Source: a virus (lineage: Duplodnaviria; Caudoviricetes). Taken from it: a stretch of 55,297 nt of DNA. A program made the translations under genes and the position numbers. The stretch's first letter is position 1; each line of letters starts with the position of its first letter. Location of the stretch: positions 1 through 55,297 of the IMG/VR virus record IMGVR_UViG_3300049458_000003. One strand, written 5' to 3'. The notes under the pieces were generated by a model that did no database searches, was not told the origin of the DNA, and worked only from the letters and a program-made list of their open reading frames with translations. This document shows positions 26,395-36,568 of this stretch, piece by piece.

Positions 26395-27162
26395 ATGACG
26401 TCACCGGATGTGGACCCGGCGGTCACCTCGCCGATCCTGTGTTCCGCGTGGGCTACCCCCGCCGACGTCCCGGAGCGTTACCGGCCGGACCTCTCCGACG
26501 AGGGGTGGGCTCGTCTGCTCATGCTCTCGTCGGAGATCCTGTGGGCGCTGTCGGGTCGACGTTGGTACGGCCGGGGTTGCACGGAGACCGTCACCCTCCG
26601 CGCGCTCCCTCGGGCCGGGGATGCCACCTGGCCGTACCACCCGTCATGGGGATCATGCGGTTGCGTCGACATGGCGCGGTCGTCGTATTACGCCCGCCGT
26701 GGCGACCACCAGCAACCCTTCGCCATCCAGCTCCCCCGCCGCCCGCGTTCCATCACCACGGTCACCGTGGACGGGGTCGCGTTCACCGACTTCCGCCTGA
26801 CCGCGTCGGGCTGGCTGGAACGGCTCGACGGCCACGGCTGGCAGATGTGCGGGGAAACCACCGTCATCACCTACGCCGTCGGCGAAGCCCCTCCCGTTTC
26901 TGGCAGTCAGGCGGCCGTTGATCTCGCAGTTCAGATGCACCTGGACAGGGTCGGCGACAGCTCATGTCTGCTGCCGATTCGCATGCAATCGTTCTCCCGC
27001 CAGGGCATCTCCGTCGAGGTGCTCGACACGATGGAGTTCCTGGACAACGGCCGGACGGGCCTCTACTCGGTGGATCTCTTCCTAGCCGCTATCAACCCCA
27101 AGGGTCGGGGGCAGCGTGCTACGGTCTGGTCACCCGACACCCCCCGAGCTGTGCGAGGCTGA
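26395..27162 (+). CDS. Head-to-tail adaptor
   Basis: SEILWALSGRR, CLLP..SFSRQGIS, GRTGLYSVDLFLAAINP. Confidence 0.8.
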   Translation: MTSPDVDPAVTSPILCSAWATPADVPERYRPDLSDEGWARLLMLSSEILWALSGRRWYGRGCTETVTLRALPRAGDATWPYHPSWGSCGCVDMARSSYYARRGDHQQPFAIQLPRRPRSITTVTVDGVAFTDFRLTASGWLERLDGHGWQMCGETTVITYAVGEAPPVSGSQAAVDLAVQMHLDRVGDSSCLLPIRMQSFSRQGISVEVLDTMEFLDNGRTGLYSVDLFLAAINPKGRGQRATVWSPDTPRAVRG

Positions 27163-27164
27163 AC

Positions 27165-27425
27165 ATGCACCTCCCCCATGATCCTTTCTCCCCGCATGGT
27201 GCGATTCGAACTCCGCCGGTGACGTCCTCCGCTGATCCGGCGGTCCCGGTCGTGGCCCCCGCGCCCGAAAGGCCCGGGGCCGCGAGTGACGAACCCGAGG
27301 CGCCCGACACCCCCGACGCTGACGGCGACCCGGGCGATGTCGATGTCGAGATGCTGGAGGCCCTCGCCAAGATGACCGCCACGCCGCCCAAGGTCCGCGC
27401 CCGTGCGCGGAGGACGACCAAGTGA
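27165..27425 (+). CDS. Low-complexity hypothetical protein
   Basis: GAGG RBS; Pro/acidic-rich. Confidence 0.6.
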   Translation: MHLPHDPFSPHGAIRTPPVTSSADPAVPVVAPAPERPGAASDEPEAPDTPDADGDPGDVDVEMLEALAKMTATPPKVRARARRTTK

Positions 27426-27961
27426 CCAGTCTTGGCCGGGGACTCACGCTCGATGTGATCGCGGAAACCGTCCTCGGCATCGTGGTCGCACATTTTGATG
27501 CCGCCGGGGTGGACCTCCCGGAGCGCCGGTACGTCGCCGCCGGTGACCCCAGCGCCATCGCATGGGACTGCGATCAGCTTTGCGTGGCGCTGCGCGGCAT
27601 CGGCTGGGGACCTGCCGAGGACAGCGCGCCCAGTAGCCCTCAGGTCGGGGCCGGACTGTCCGCGATGGGCGTGCGGCACGCTGTCCTGTCCATCCAGCTT
27701 GTCCGCTGCACCCCCTCGTCCGGCGAGCGCGGTACCGGCATCCCCTCCGCCGAGGTCGTGCACGCCGCCGGACTCCAGTTCGCGCGCGATGGCGGCCTGC
27801 TCAGTCAGGCACTCGTCACCGCCTGCTCGCGCACGGGCGGCCTGGTCGGTCCCGGCGGTGCCGCAACGGTGCAGGCGGGCGCGCTGACGCCCCTCGGCCC
27901 CGAGGGTGGGAAGCACGCCTGGGACGCGGCCTTGGCGATCACCGCGATGGACCTGGCGTGA
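27422..27961 (+). CDS. Putative tail terminator / head-tail connector
   Basis: Position; IAWDCDQL..QLVRCTP..GPEGG motifs. Confidence 0.6.
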   Translation: MTSLGRGLTLDVIAETVLGIVVAHFDAAGVDLPERRYVAAGDPSAIAWDCDQLCVALRGIGWGPAEDSAPSSPQVGAGLSAMGVRHAVLSIQLVRCTPSSGERGTGIPSAEVVHAAGLQFARDGGLLSQALVTACSRTGGLVGPGGAATVQAGALTPLGPEGGKHAWDAALAITAMDLA

Positions 27962-28374
27962 TCCGCGCCGACGGGTGGCGCATCAAGCTGGACGGCGCCC
28001 AGATCAAAGGGATCGCCAAGTCCCCCGAGATGCTCGCCGACCTGACACGGCGCATGACCCGTGCCCAGCTCGCCGCGAAGACGATCGTCGGTGTGCGAAC
28101 CGGGCGCCTGCAATCCAGCATTCGGAAGAACGCTGGCAGCACCGCCAAGGGTGTGTACGTCGACGTCATAGCGGGATGGAAAGGCGCGGGCCTGGGCGCC
28201 TCATACATGTGGTACCACCACGAGGGCACCCCCCCGCACATCATCAGGCCGCGCAAGCGCAAGGCGCTACGCTTCATTCAGGGCGGGAAGGTGCGTTTCG
28301 CGCAGAAGGTGCACCACCCCGGAACGCGCGGAACGCATTTCCTGACCCGCGCACTGCCGTTCGCGGCAGGATAA
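27958..28374 (+). CDS. HK97 gp10-like neck protein
   Basis: VRTGRLQSSI...HEGTPPHII...VHHPGT...FLTRAL. Confidence 0.8.
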   Translation: MIRADGWRIKLDGAQIKGIAKSPEMLADLTRRMTRAQLAAKTIVGVRTGRLQSSIRKNAGSTAKGVYVDVIAGWKGAGLGASYMWYHHEGTPPHIIRPRKRKALRFIQGGKVRFAQKVHHPGTRGTHFLTRALPFAAG

Positions 28375-28397
28375 CCGCAGGATAACCGGAGGATAAG

Positions 28398-28883
28398 ATG
28401 CGGAAGTTCACCAAAGCGCGCGAAAATCGCGGCAAGGTAAACGAGGAATTCGAGCTTGAGGTCCTGGACCCCGAAGACGAGCTGGTCACCCTCAAGTTCC
28501 ACGTGACCCGACCCATGCATAGCGCGGGCATCACCAGCCTGATGTACGCGCTTAAGAAAGACCCGGCGTCCGCGATCGGTAGCATCGCGCCGCAGGTTGC
28601 CCGCATCCTGGATGACAAGGACGGCACGCCCGCCCGGTGGACCGGCGACGTGGCCGAGGGCGAAACCTGCTGGGTCGGTCCCGACGGCCAGGCGTACCCG
28701 GTCGACGACGCCGAGGCCCGCGCCGTGTTCGAGATGTTCGAGTCGGGCAGTTCCCGGCGCCGATGGGTGCACCTCATGGACCCCGAGAACGAAGAGTACG
28801 GCGTCGATCTGGACGACCTGATCGCCATCACCGAGTACATGGTGGAGGTGTCCAGCAAGCGCCCTACGGCACCGCCAGTGTGA
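28398..28883 (+). CDS. Tail assembly chaperone (G)
   Basis: Position before tape measure; ends ...SKRPT. Confidence 0.75.
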   Translation: MRKFTKARENRGKVNEEFELEVLDPEDELVTLKFHVTRPMHSAGITSLMYALKKDPASAIGSIAPQVARILDDKDGTPARWTGDVAEGETCWVGPDGQAYPVDDAEARAVFEMFESGSSRRRWVHLMDPENEEYGVDLDDLIAITEYMVEVSSKRPTAPPV

Positions 28884-29149
28884 TCTTCGCACTGGCGGAC
28901 GACGGTGGCCGCTACGGGCCGTACATCCAAGGTCGCCTCACCCTGGCGAACTTCGACTACGACGGCCCGGCCTGGGAGTGGTTCGACGCCGTATACGCGC
29001 TGCTGGCGGACGCGCCACATGAGGTGCTCGGTAAGCTGGCGGACAGCCTGACCGCGACAGCGGCTAGGTCCGCGCCGAGGGACCGTTCGACCTGGGGTCT
29101 GACCCCCGAGCAGATCGCCTTGACCCAGCGGCAGCTCGGACAAATCTAG
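28880..29149 (+). CDS. Tail assembly chaperone (T; probably a -1 frameshift extension of G)
   Basis: -1 frame relative to G, open across the G stop; no clear RBS. Confidence 0.65.
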   Translation: MIFALADDGGRYGPYIQGRLTLANFDYDGPAWEWFDAVYALLADAPHEVLGKLADSLTATAARSAPRDRSTWGLTPEQIALTQRQLGQI

Positions 29150-29158
29150 GGAGGTGGC

Positions 29159-32100
29159 ATGGCCCGCGTCATCGGCGAGGCGGCCATTCGTCTCCGAGCC
29201 GACGGCACCGGCCTACGCCGCTCATTCGAACAGGAGCTGCGTTCCGCTGCCTCCGGAACCGATTCCAAGGGGTCGTTCTCCAACTTCGAGAAGGAAGCCG
29301 ACCAGGCCGGTAAGCGCATGGCGAACAGCCTCACCAAGGCGTTCAAGGGGCTGCCCGGCAACATCGCATCCGGCCTGGGCGGCATCTCAGGCGCCCTCGC
29401 GGGCGTGGTCGGCGGTATCGCCCGCCTGAGTTCCACCGCCATCCAGGCGACGCTGGGCGTGACGGCGCTCGCCGTGAAGGTGGCGCTCATCGGCGCCGCC
29501 GCCGGTTTGGCCATCGCTGGTGTCACGTCGCTGGCGACGGGGATCCTCGGGCTCGGCGCGTCCGTTGCCAAGGCGTCCGGCGTGGCGGCGCTGCTACCGG
29601 CGGCGCTGCTGGGCGCGGTCAGCGTGATGGCCACGTTGAAGATCGCCACCGCCGGTGTCGCCGATGCGATCGGCGCGGGCCTGTCGGGCGACACCAAGAA
29701 GTTCGAGCAGGCCCTCAAGGGCTTGACGCCCGCCGCGCGTGACTTCGCCAAGGCGGCGAAAGACGCCTTCGGTGGGCTGAAGAAGCAGCTACAGGAGGAC
29801 CTGTTCAAGGGGCTTGGGGACTCGCTTCGGAACCTGAACCGGAGCGTGCTGCCCGACGTCAAGAACCTGTTCAGCTCCATCGCCAAGGAGATCAGCGCCA
29901 CCACGAACGAGCTGGCCGCCTTCCTGGTGCAGGGGGCGCAGACCGCCAAGGTCCACACCCTGACGGGGAACCTGGCCACGGCGTTCGGCACACTCACGAA
30001 TGCGATCAAACCGGCCCTGTCGGGGCTACTGGACATCTCCACCGTGGGCTCGGGCTTTCTGCCCGCGCTGGCGAAGAACGTCGAGGACGTCAGCAACAAG
30101 TTCGGGGCGTTCATCGGCAAAGCCGCCGCAGATGGCAGCCTTGCGAAATTCATCAGCGACGCCATCGAGAACTTCAAGAAGCTCGGTCTGATCGTTGCCA
30201 ACGTGTTCGGCGGGTTCTCGGGGGTATTCAAGGCCAGCGAGGCCGCGAATGGCAGTTTCATCGACAGCCTGGTTCGCGCCAGCGACCGGTTCAAGAACTT
30301 CACCCAGGGTGCCATAGGGCAAGAGCAGCTCACCAAGTTCTTCACCGACATGCACGCCCTATCCAGTTCGCTCACGCCCGTTATCGGCGAACTGGTCCGC
30401 CTGTTCGCGGTCACCCTGCTACCGATCCTGTCCAACCTGGCGGCGTCCGTCGGTCCCGCGCTCGTGACCGTGGTGCAGGCCATCGGCACCGGGTTCGCCG
30501 CTGCCGCCCCCGCCATCGCCGTCCTGGGCCAGGGCATCGCCGCCGTATTCACCGCGCTCGGCCCGGCCATCTCCGCGATCATCCCGATCATCGCCCAGAT
30601 GGCGGGGTTCATCGTTGCCGCGCTGGCCCCCATCGCCGCCGCGATCGGCCCCGCCCTGGCCGCCGCTGCGCCGGGCTTCCTCGCCTTGGCGCAGGGAGTC
30701 GGCGCGATCCTGGCCGCCGCCGCCCCGCTGATCCCCGTCATCGTCACCCTGGCGTCCATCTTCGCGGGCGTCCTCGGCACGGCGCTCGCCGCGCTGGCTC
30801 CTGCCATCACGCAGATCGCGGAGATCCTCGGCAAGGAACTGGCCGCGATCCTGCCGACTATTGGGCCGCTCATGGTGACCCTGGGCCAGGCGTTTTCCGT
30901 CATCCTCCAGGCGATCCTGCCGTTGGTCCCGGTCGTGTTCCAGGTCATCCAGGCGTTCCTGCCGCTGGTCCCGATCATCGCCCAGTTGGTGGGCATCCTC
31001 GCGGGCGTGTTCGCGTCCACACTGCAAGCGCTCGCTCCCGTGCTCATCCAGGTGGGAGAGGCGATCAGTACCGGACTGACGGCGGTCCTGCCCGTGCTGA
31101 AGCCGGTGCTGGAGCAGGTCGCCAACGCCTTCGTCCTGATCGTCACGGCGATTACGCCGCTGATCCCGGTGGTCTTCTCGCTCATCCAGGCGTTCCTGCC
31201 GCTGTTGCCGCCGTTGTTCCAGCTCGTCGCAGCCGTGTTGCCGCCGCTGGTGTCGCTGATCACCGGGCTAACGCCGATCATCGTTCAGTTGGCGTCCGTG
31301 TTCGGCGCACTGATCCCGCCGATCAGTTCGTTGATCGTCACGATCGTGAACCTGCTGCTCCCGCCCATTCGCCTAATCGCTACCGTCGTAGGCGAGACCC
31401 TCCTGGTGGTCCTGAATATCTTCACGACCACATTCTCCATTGTCACAACCGTGATAACGACGATAGCTAACGTGATAGCTGCCGTATTCGGGGGGATATT
31501 CGATACCATCTCGTCGATTGTTACATCGATCGGCCAGTTCATTTCGGATGGGTTCAACCGAATCCGTAGTTTCTTCGGGTCGATCCTGTCGTCGATAGTG
31601 GGCGTCATCGGAAACGGAATCGAAGGCATAAAGGGGTTCTTCTCCAGGCTGCCCGGCGAGATCCTAGGTTTCCTGGCCTCATTGCCTGGGAGGTTTATCT
31701 CATTCGGCCAGGACATCATCGGCGGAATGATCAAAGGGTTCGTGAACTTCGCCGGGCGGATCGGCGACAAGCTGCTCGAAATCGCCAAGGACGCCTGGGA
31801 TAACGTCCTGTCGTTCTTCGGTATCAACTCGCCATCGACCCGCGCCCGCGACATGGCCGAAAACGTCGGCAAGGGCATGATCGTCGGCTTCGGTCGGATC
31901 GGGGATCGGGTCAACGCGGCGGCCCTCGGGCTTTCCAGCGGGGTGGCCGATTCGCTGGCGTTCCCCCTGTCGCAACCGGTGGGCCTGGACCTTGGTGCGG
32001 GCGCTGCCGTGGGCGCCGCGCTGGCCTCGGGTTCGGCGGTAGTGATCAATCAGACCAACGTCATGCAGCCCGGCGCGGACATCTCCGTATTCGCCGCCGA

Positions 32101-32215
32101 GGTCAACCGCCGTGCCGCCAATGACATCTCGGCGGCCGGTAGCCTCGCGTCAACGTCCGTCGGCCCCGTGCAGGACGGCATGGCCAGCCCCGGCTCCATG
32201 TTTGGGGTGCGCTGA
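29159..32215 (+). CDS. Tape measure protein
   Basis: 1018 aa, Ala/Leu/Gly-rich repeats; C-terminal FFGINSPST motif. Confidence 0.92.
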   Translation: MARVIGEAAIRLRADGTGLRRSFEQELRSAASGTDSKGSFSNFEKEADQAGKRMANSLTKAFKGLPGNIASGLGGISGALAGVVGGIARLSSTAIQATLGVTALAVKVALIGAAAGLAIAGVTSLATGILGLGASVAKASGVAALLPAALLGAVSVMATLKIATAGVADAIGAGLSGDTKKFEQALKGLTPAARDFAKAAKDAFGGLKKQLQEDLFKGLGDSLRNLNRSVLPDVKNLFSSIAKEISATTNELAAFLVQGAQTAKVHTLTGNLATAFGTLTNAIKPALSGLLDISTVGSGFLPALAKNVEDVSNKFGAFIGKAAADGSLAKFISDAIENFKKLGLIVANVFGGFSGVFKASEAANGSFIDSLVRASDRFKNFTQGAIGQEQLTKFFTDMHALSSSLTPVIGELVRLFAVTLLPILSNLAASVGPALVTVVQAIGTGFAAAAPAIAVLGQGIAAVFTALGPAISAIIPIIAQMAGFIVAALAPIAAAIGPALAAAAPGFLALAQGVGAILAAAAPLIPVIVTLASIFAGVLGTALAALAPAITQIAEILGKELAAILPTIGPLMVTLGQAFSVILQAILPLVPVVFQVIQAFLPLVPIIAQLVGILAGVFASTLQALAPVLIQVGEAISTGLTAVLPVLKPVLEQVANAFVLIVTAITPLIPVVFSLIQAFLPLLPPLFQLVAAVLPPLVSLITGLTPIIVQLASVFGALIPPISSLIVTIVNLLLPPIRLIATVVGETLLVVLNIFTTTFSIVTTVITTIANVIAAVFGGIFDTISSIVTSIGQFISDGFNRIRSFFGSILSSIVGVIGNGIEGIKGFFSRLPGEILGFLASLPGRFISFGQDIIGGMIKGFVNFAGRIGDKLLEIAKDAWDNVLSFFGINSPSTRARDMAENVGKGMIVGFGRIGDRVNAAALGLSSGVADSLAFPLSQPVGLDLGAGAAVGAALASGSAVVINQTNVMQPGADISVFAAEVNRRAANDISAAGSLASTSVGPVQDGMASPGSMFGVR

Positions 32216-33138
32216 TGCCCGTCCTCTTTCCGCAGACCACCCAGCCCGCGTGGTACCGCATGGGTTACGACTACGCGACCGGCCCGGATGATTTCGTTTT
32301 CAACTACCGGCTCGCGGACGGCACCAGCACCGCCGTCCAGGAACCCGAGGGCTGGGAAGGCGTCAGCTACCAGACTCCCCTCGATCAGGTCGCGGGCCGC
32401 GACGGCGCGCTGGTTGGTCCGGTGAGTGTTGGGCCGATGATGTTGGAGATCAACGGTGCGATGGTCGCCCCCGATCCCCAGACGTTGCGTGCCAATATCC
32501 AGCGGATTCGGCACCTGCTCGGACCGAAGCGCCTGCCGGGCCCGCGCCCGCCGGTCGTGTGGGAGCAGTGGGACTTCCTCACCGCGCAGCCGCTGGCGGT
32601 GTTGGCGCGCCCAACCGGTCAGTTCACGGCCACGCCGATGGTCGGCGGTGGGCGCGGCGGCGTGGCGACCACCTTCCGCTTCACCCTGGTCGCGTCCTCG
32701 CCGTGGCGGTACAGCTCGGGTGCGGCATCCAGCGCGAACGTGGGGCTGCCCAACCCGGCCGTGGTCACCGGGCGCACGTACGACAAGACGTTCGACTGGT
32801 CGTATGGCCTGGGGACCAACCCGGGCGGCACCATGACCGTGATCAACTCCGGTGACCTGGACGCCTACCCCCTGTTCCAGGTCGACGGCCACGCCGATTA
32901 CCCGGTGATCACCAACGGCACCACGGGCGCCAGCTTCGGCCTGAACGCCGACATCCTCTCGGGCCAAACGGTGACCGCCGACGCCGCCACCGGGGCTATC
33001 ACCCCCGGCAACGTGCGCGCCGTCGGCCGCCCGTTCGTGCTCGCGCCCGGACCGAACCTGATCTCATGGCGCACGACCAGCGGCAACTACTACTCCGACG
33101 CGCGACTCACCGTCACGTGGCGCTCAACGTTCGGCTAG
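32215..33138 (+). CDS. Minor tail protein (distal tail, Dit-like)
   Basis: Directly after TMP; EGWEG...RDGA, SSPWRYS, NSGDLDAYP, LAPGPN. Confidence 0.8.
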   Translation: MPVLFPQTTQPAWYRMGYDYATGPDDFVFNYRLADGTSTAVQEPEGWEGVSYQTPLDQVAGRDGALVGPVSVGPMMLEINGAMVAPDPQTLRANIQRIRHLLGPKRLPGPRPPVVWEQWDFLTAQPLAVLARPTGQFTATPMVGGGRGGVATTFRFTLVASSPWRYSSGAASSANVGLPNPAVVTGRTYDKTFDWSYGLGTNPGGTMTVINSGDLDAYPLFQVDGHADYPVITNGTTGASFGLNADILSGQTVTADAATGAITPGNVRAVGRPFVLAPGPNLISWRTTSGNYYSDARLTVTWRSTFG

Positions 33139-33147
33139 GGGACAGAC

Positions 33148-34341
33148 GTGGCTAACACCAACGACCCGGTATACCTCCAGGCGCTGACGTATACCGCGCT
33201 GGAGGACCGCCTCAACATGGCGTCCCTGATCTCGGGCAACAGCCTGACCGGGCCCAAAGCCCGGCAGGGCTTCCTCCCCACGCGCGCGCCGGTGTACAGC
33301 AACCCCTCGGGGATGATCGTCTCCGTTACCCCGCATGTCGGCGTGATCGAGAACGATTTCGCGGCGGCGGCGGGTGACTACTGGTACAACCTGGTGGCAG
33401 CCGACACGGTGACCCTCGCCGCCAGCAGCCCCACGCAGAACCGTTACGACATCGTGGGCGTGGAGATCAAGGACAACTTCTACGACGCCTCCGGGCTCAA
33501 CCTGGGGCGTCTTGCCAAGGTCCAGGGCGCCAACAGCGCGGGAACCCCCAGCGACCCGGCCATCCCCAGCACGTTCATCCCCATTGTCCGGTGCGTAGTG
33601 AACGCGACGGTCACATCTCCGACGTTCCAGGACATGCGGCAGTACACCGCCTCCGCTGGTGGCGCGATCCCCGTCAACAACGTCACGGAACGCAACGCGA
33701 TCACATCGCCCACCGGCAACGGGGTCGCGTGCATCCGCCTCGACAAGGGTTGGGTCGAGATCCTCCACGGCGGGACCTGGCGCTGCGTCGGCCAGGTGGC
33801 GACGGCGGCCCTGGCGGACATCACCGACCCGTACGTCGGCCAGACAGCCCTGTTGACCACCGATCTGATGGTGTACCGCTGGACGGGCTCCGCTTGGCTG
33901 GGGGTGCAGCACACCGCGACGGGTGGCGGGAAGTCTCGGTACTACCGGTCTTCGGGGACGCAGAGCATCACCTCTGGCACGGACACGAAGGTCACCTTCC
34001 CGACCCTGCTCGGTTCCGCTAGCGCGGACTTCACCCCGAACGGATCGTTCGACGTATTCACGGTGAACCGAACTGGTGAGGTCGACATCTTTGCGGGGGT
34101 GGCCTGGTCGTCTTTCAGTGGCGAGCACGCCATATGGATCGGGAATGACACGATGGCCGCCCGGTACGCCAATGATGGCCATCAGGGCAACAACGGCACC
34201 GCGTATTCCTCGGTTTCCACGGGGCGCCGATTCACTGCCGGGGACAAGATCAGCATCGGTTGTTACCAGGGCTCCGGCTTCGGGGCCACCATCCTCGCGG
34301 GCGAAATGACCTACGTCCGCCTGGACTGGACCGGGCCGTGA
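33148..34341 (+). CDS. Minor tail protein (possible receptor-binding)
   Basis: NRYDIV baseplate-anchor-like N-terminus; beta-rich C-terminus. Confidence 0.7.
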   Translation: MANTNDPVYLQALTYTALEDRLNMASLISGNSLTGPKARQGFLPTRAPVYSNPSGMIVSVTPHVGVIENDFAAAAGDYWYNLVAADTVTLAASSPTQNRYDIVGVEIKDNFYDASGLNLGRLAKVQGANSAGTPSDPAIPSTFIPIVRCVVNATVTSPTFQDMRQYTASAGGAIPVNNVTERNAITSPTGNGVACIRLDKGWVEILHGGTWRCVGQVATAALADITDPYVGQTALLTTDLMVYRWTGSAWLGVQHTATGGGKSRYYRSSGTQSITSGTDTKVTFPTLLGSASADFTPNGSFDVFTVNRTGEVDIFAGVAWSSFSGEHAIWIGNDTMAARYANDGHQGNNGTAYSSVSTGRRFTAGDKISIGCYQGSGFGATILAGEMTYVRLDWTGP

Positions 34342-35564
34342 TAAGCCAGGAGGTTCGGTACACGTTCTGGCCTGTGCATTACCCCGCCGGGGTGGTCACG
34401 GTCATCGGGGGAACGCCCCTGCCGCTCAGCGGCCCGTCTTTCACACGCATCATGCGCGGAGTCGGCGAACTCCAGGCGAGCCTCCAAATGGCCGACCCCA
34501 GTGTCCAGGCCCTGTACCCGTGGGACAAGGTGATCCCAGGCAAAACGGGGATCGTCGCCGTGCGTCACTGGTTCGACGGCGAAACCGAGGTAACCAAGGC
34601 GATGTGGCACGGCGTCGTGTACGACGCGCCGACCAGCCCCGTGACCGGTCGGATGATGATCCGCGCCGAAACCGTGGAGGGCACGTGGGCGCGGCGACTC
34701 ATCACCAAGGCGATGACCTGGGCCGCCGCCGACCAGACAACGATCGCCGCCGACCTGCTGGATCCGGCCAAGTTCAGCCTGATCCCGCTGTCCGGGGGCA
34801 ACGGCTGGATTCAGGTTGATCCCCCCACCGTCAACACGGGCGTTGCCCGCGACATGTCTTACGCTGAACGCCAGGAGACGAACCTGCTGGGGGCGCACCA
34901 GGACCGCAGCCAGCTTCTGAACAACAGCTACGAGTGGACCACCACGGTCGAGCCGATCGGTGGCCCGGCGGGTTCCGTCGACACGTACAAGCTGGTGTAC
35001 CAGATGGGCTTCCCGAAGCTCGGCCGTCGCCTCGGGGCGCCCACGCCGCCACCGAATTTCCTCTACGACACGGCGGGATTCGCGGGGAGCGTTATCTCAT
35101 TCGATTATGTCAACACCCGCTCCGGTGTCAATAATATCGTGTGGGGCAGAGGAAAGGGATACGATGACCTGCAAACGAAATCGCTAGTATCGTATGTCGA
35201 CCGGTACGGTAAATACGACTGGGAGTACGGGTTCCTCCAGCAAGAAGGCCGCTTCTCCAATCCTGACGTCGAGGACCAAGGTAACCTGGACGGGCAAACA
35301 AACCGGGCGATGCTCCAAACCTTCTCGTCGTCGCGGTACCTCAAGGGCGTGTCCACGTGGGGGCAGCTCTCGCCGTACCTGCCGGATTACGACCTCGGCG
35401 ATGACATCGTTTTCTCCACCAATGACCTGACGTGGCCACCGGAGCTGCGTGACACCGGCGGGTTCGTCAACCTGGGGACCCGCCTGTTCAGCTACAAAGT
35501 CTCGCCCCCCCAGGGCGATAAGGCCGAGATCGTGGAACTGACCCTTGGGGGTGACTTGCTGTGA
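34338..35564 (+). CDS. Minor tail protein (Tal/hub-like)
   Basis: Position; WHGVVY, GFPKLGR, DYDLGDD motifs. Confidence 0.75.
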   Translation: MISQEVRYTFWPVHYPAGVVTVIGGTPLPLSGPSFTRIMRGVGELQASLQMADPSVQALYPWDKVIPGKTGIVAVRHWFDGETEVTKAMWHGVVYDAPTSPVTGRMMIRAETVEGTWARRLITKAMTWAAADQTTIAADLLDPAKFSLIPLSGGNGWIQVDPPTVNTGVARDMSYAERQETNLLGAHQDRSQLLNNSYEWTTTVEPIGGPAGSVDTYKLVYQMGFPKLGRRLGAPTPPPNFLYDTAGFAGSVISFDYVNTRSGVNNIVWGRGKGYDDLQTKSLVSYVDRYGKYDWEYGFLQQEGRFSNPDVEDQGNLDGQTNRAMLQTFSSSRYLKGVSTWGQLSPYLPDYDLGDDIVFSTNDLTWPPELRDTGGFVNLGTRLFSYKVSPPQGDKAEIVELTLGGDLL

Positions 35565-36340
35565 CCTCGCCGGATATCTACGCCCCCCGGGACGCCTCGG
35601 CCGCTGACGTCCTGGCGCAGACACGCAACGTCGTGGACGCGATCCTGCGCAACAACCCGCTGGTAAATGCGGTGGTACCGCGTGGCCTGGCGAAATGGAT
35701 CGGGAACTACACCGACGGCACCGGCAGCAAAATCAACTTCCTGTGGATCGGCGAATTCCTGCCCGCCGACCCGTACATGGGCGGCGCCCCCCAGCGCGGC
35801 TTCTCGCTGGTACGGGACGATTCCCAGGGGGGCGTCTCGGCTATCGCCCTGTTCGACGGGACCCCCGGCGCCGGGCCGGGACTACGCCAGACCCTCACCC
35901 TCACCAGCGGTGACGGTTCCCCCCTGCTGACCGAGGCGCGCAACGGCGGGCGAGGGTGGCCGTTCGAGCAGATCGCCATGAACCAGCGTTCGCCGAACCT
36001 GGCCGACTGGCCCGCCACGGCATCCGGAACATACGACGTCCTCGCCGAAGGCAGATTCTCCGGTGTCGGCAATACCGTGTACTACCGGTTCGAGGCAGTC
36101 GGGAACGGTGGCGGCGCCGGTGACTTCCGGGTGCACGCCAGCGCCAACGGCCTGGACGCCTATTCCGCGACCCACTCGGTCACGGCTGGCGGTTTCGCGG
36201 TGTTCGACAGCAGCATGGATATCGCCACCAGTCTCGGCGCTCGCGGCGACCTGGTCACCATCTGGTTGGAGGCTCGTCGAACAAACGGCGCGGGGACCGT
36301 GGGCGCCGTACCGGTGAGCATGGATTGTCACACCGCGTGA
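35561..36340 (+). CDS. Minor tail protein
   Basis: Position; beta-rich. Confidence 0.65.
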   Translation: MTSPDIYAPRDASAADVLAQTRNVVDAILRNNPLVNAVVPRGLAKWIGNYTDGTGSKINFLWIGEFLPADPYMGGAPQRGFSLVRDDSQGGVSAIALFDGTPGAGPGLRQTLTLTSGDGSPLLTEARNGGRGWPFEQIAMNQRSPNLADWPATASGTYDVLAEGRFSGVGNTVYYRFEAVGNGGGAGDFRVHASANGLDAYSATHSVTAGGFAVFDSSMDIATSLGARGDLVTIWLEARRTNGAGTVGAVPVSMDCHTA

Positions 36341-36391
36341 GATGATGCACCAACATTCGAGCGAACCGTTACGCTGGGCTGGAGGCGGCAG

Positions 36392-36568
36392 TTGGACGCG
36401 TGGAGCGGCCTCATCAACTCCATTACCGGCATGCTCGGCGGAGCCGCGATGCTGGTCCTGGCCGTAGTTCGACTGGTGACCCTGCTGTCGAAGCGCTCCA
36501 CCCGTCGCGAACGGCTCGCCGCCCTGCGGATGCAGGACGACGACGGCGAGAGGGAGCTGGATGGCTGA
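36392..36568 (+). CDS. Small single-TM protein (lysis cassette)
   Basis: GGAGG + TTG; hydrophobic helix then charged tail; 8-bp overlap with next gene. Confidence 0.55.
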   Translation: MDAWSGLINSITGMLGGAAMLVLAVVRLVTLLSKRSTRRERLAALRMQDDDGERELDG

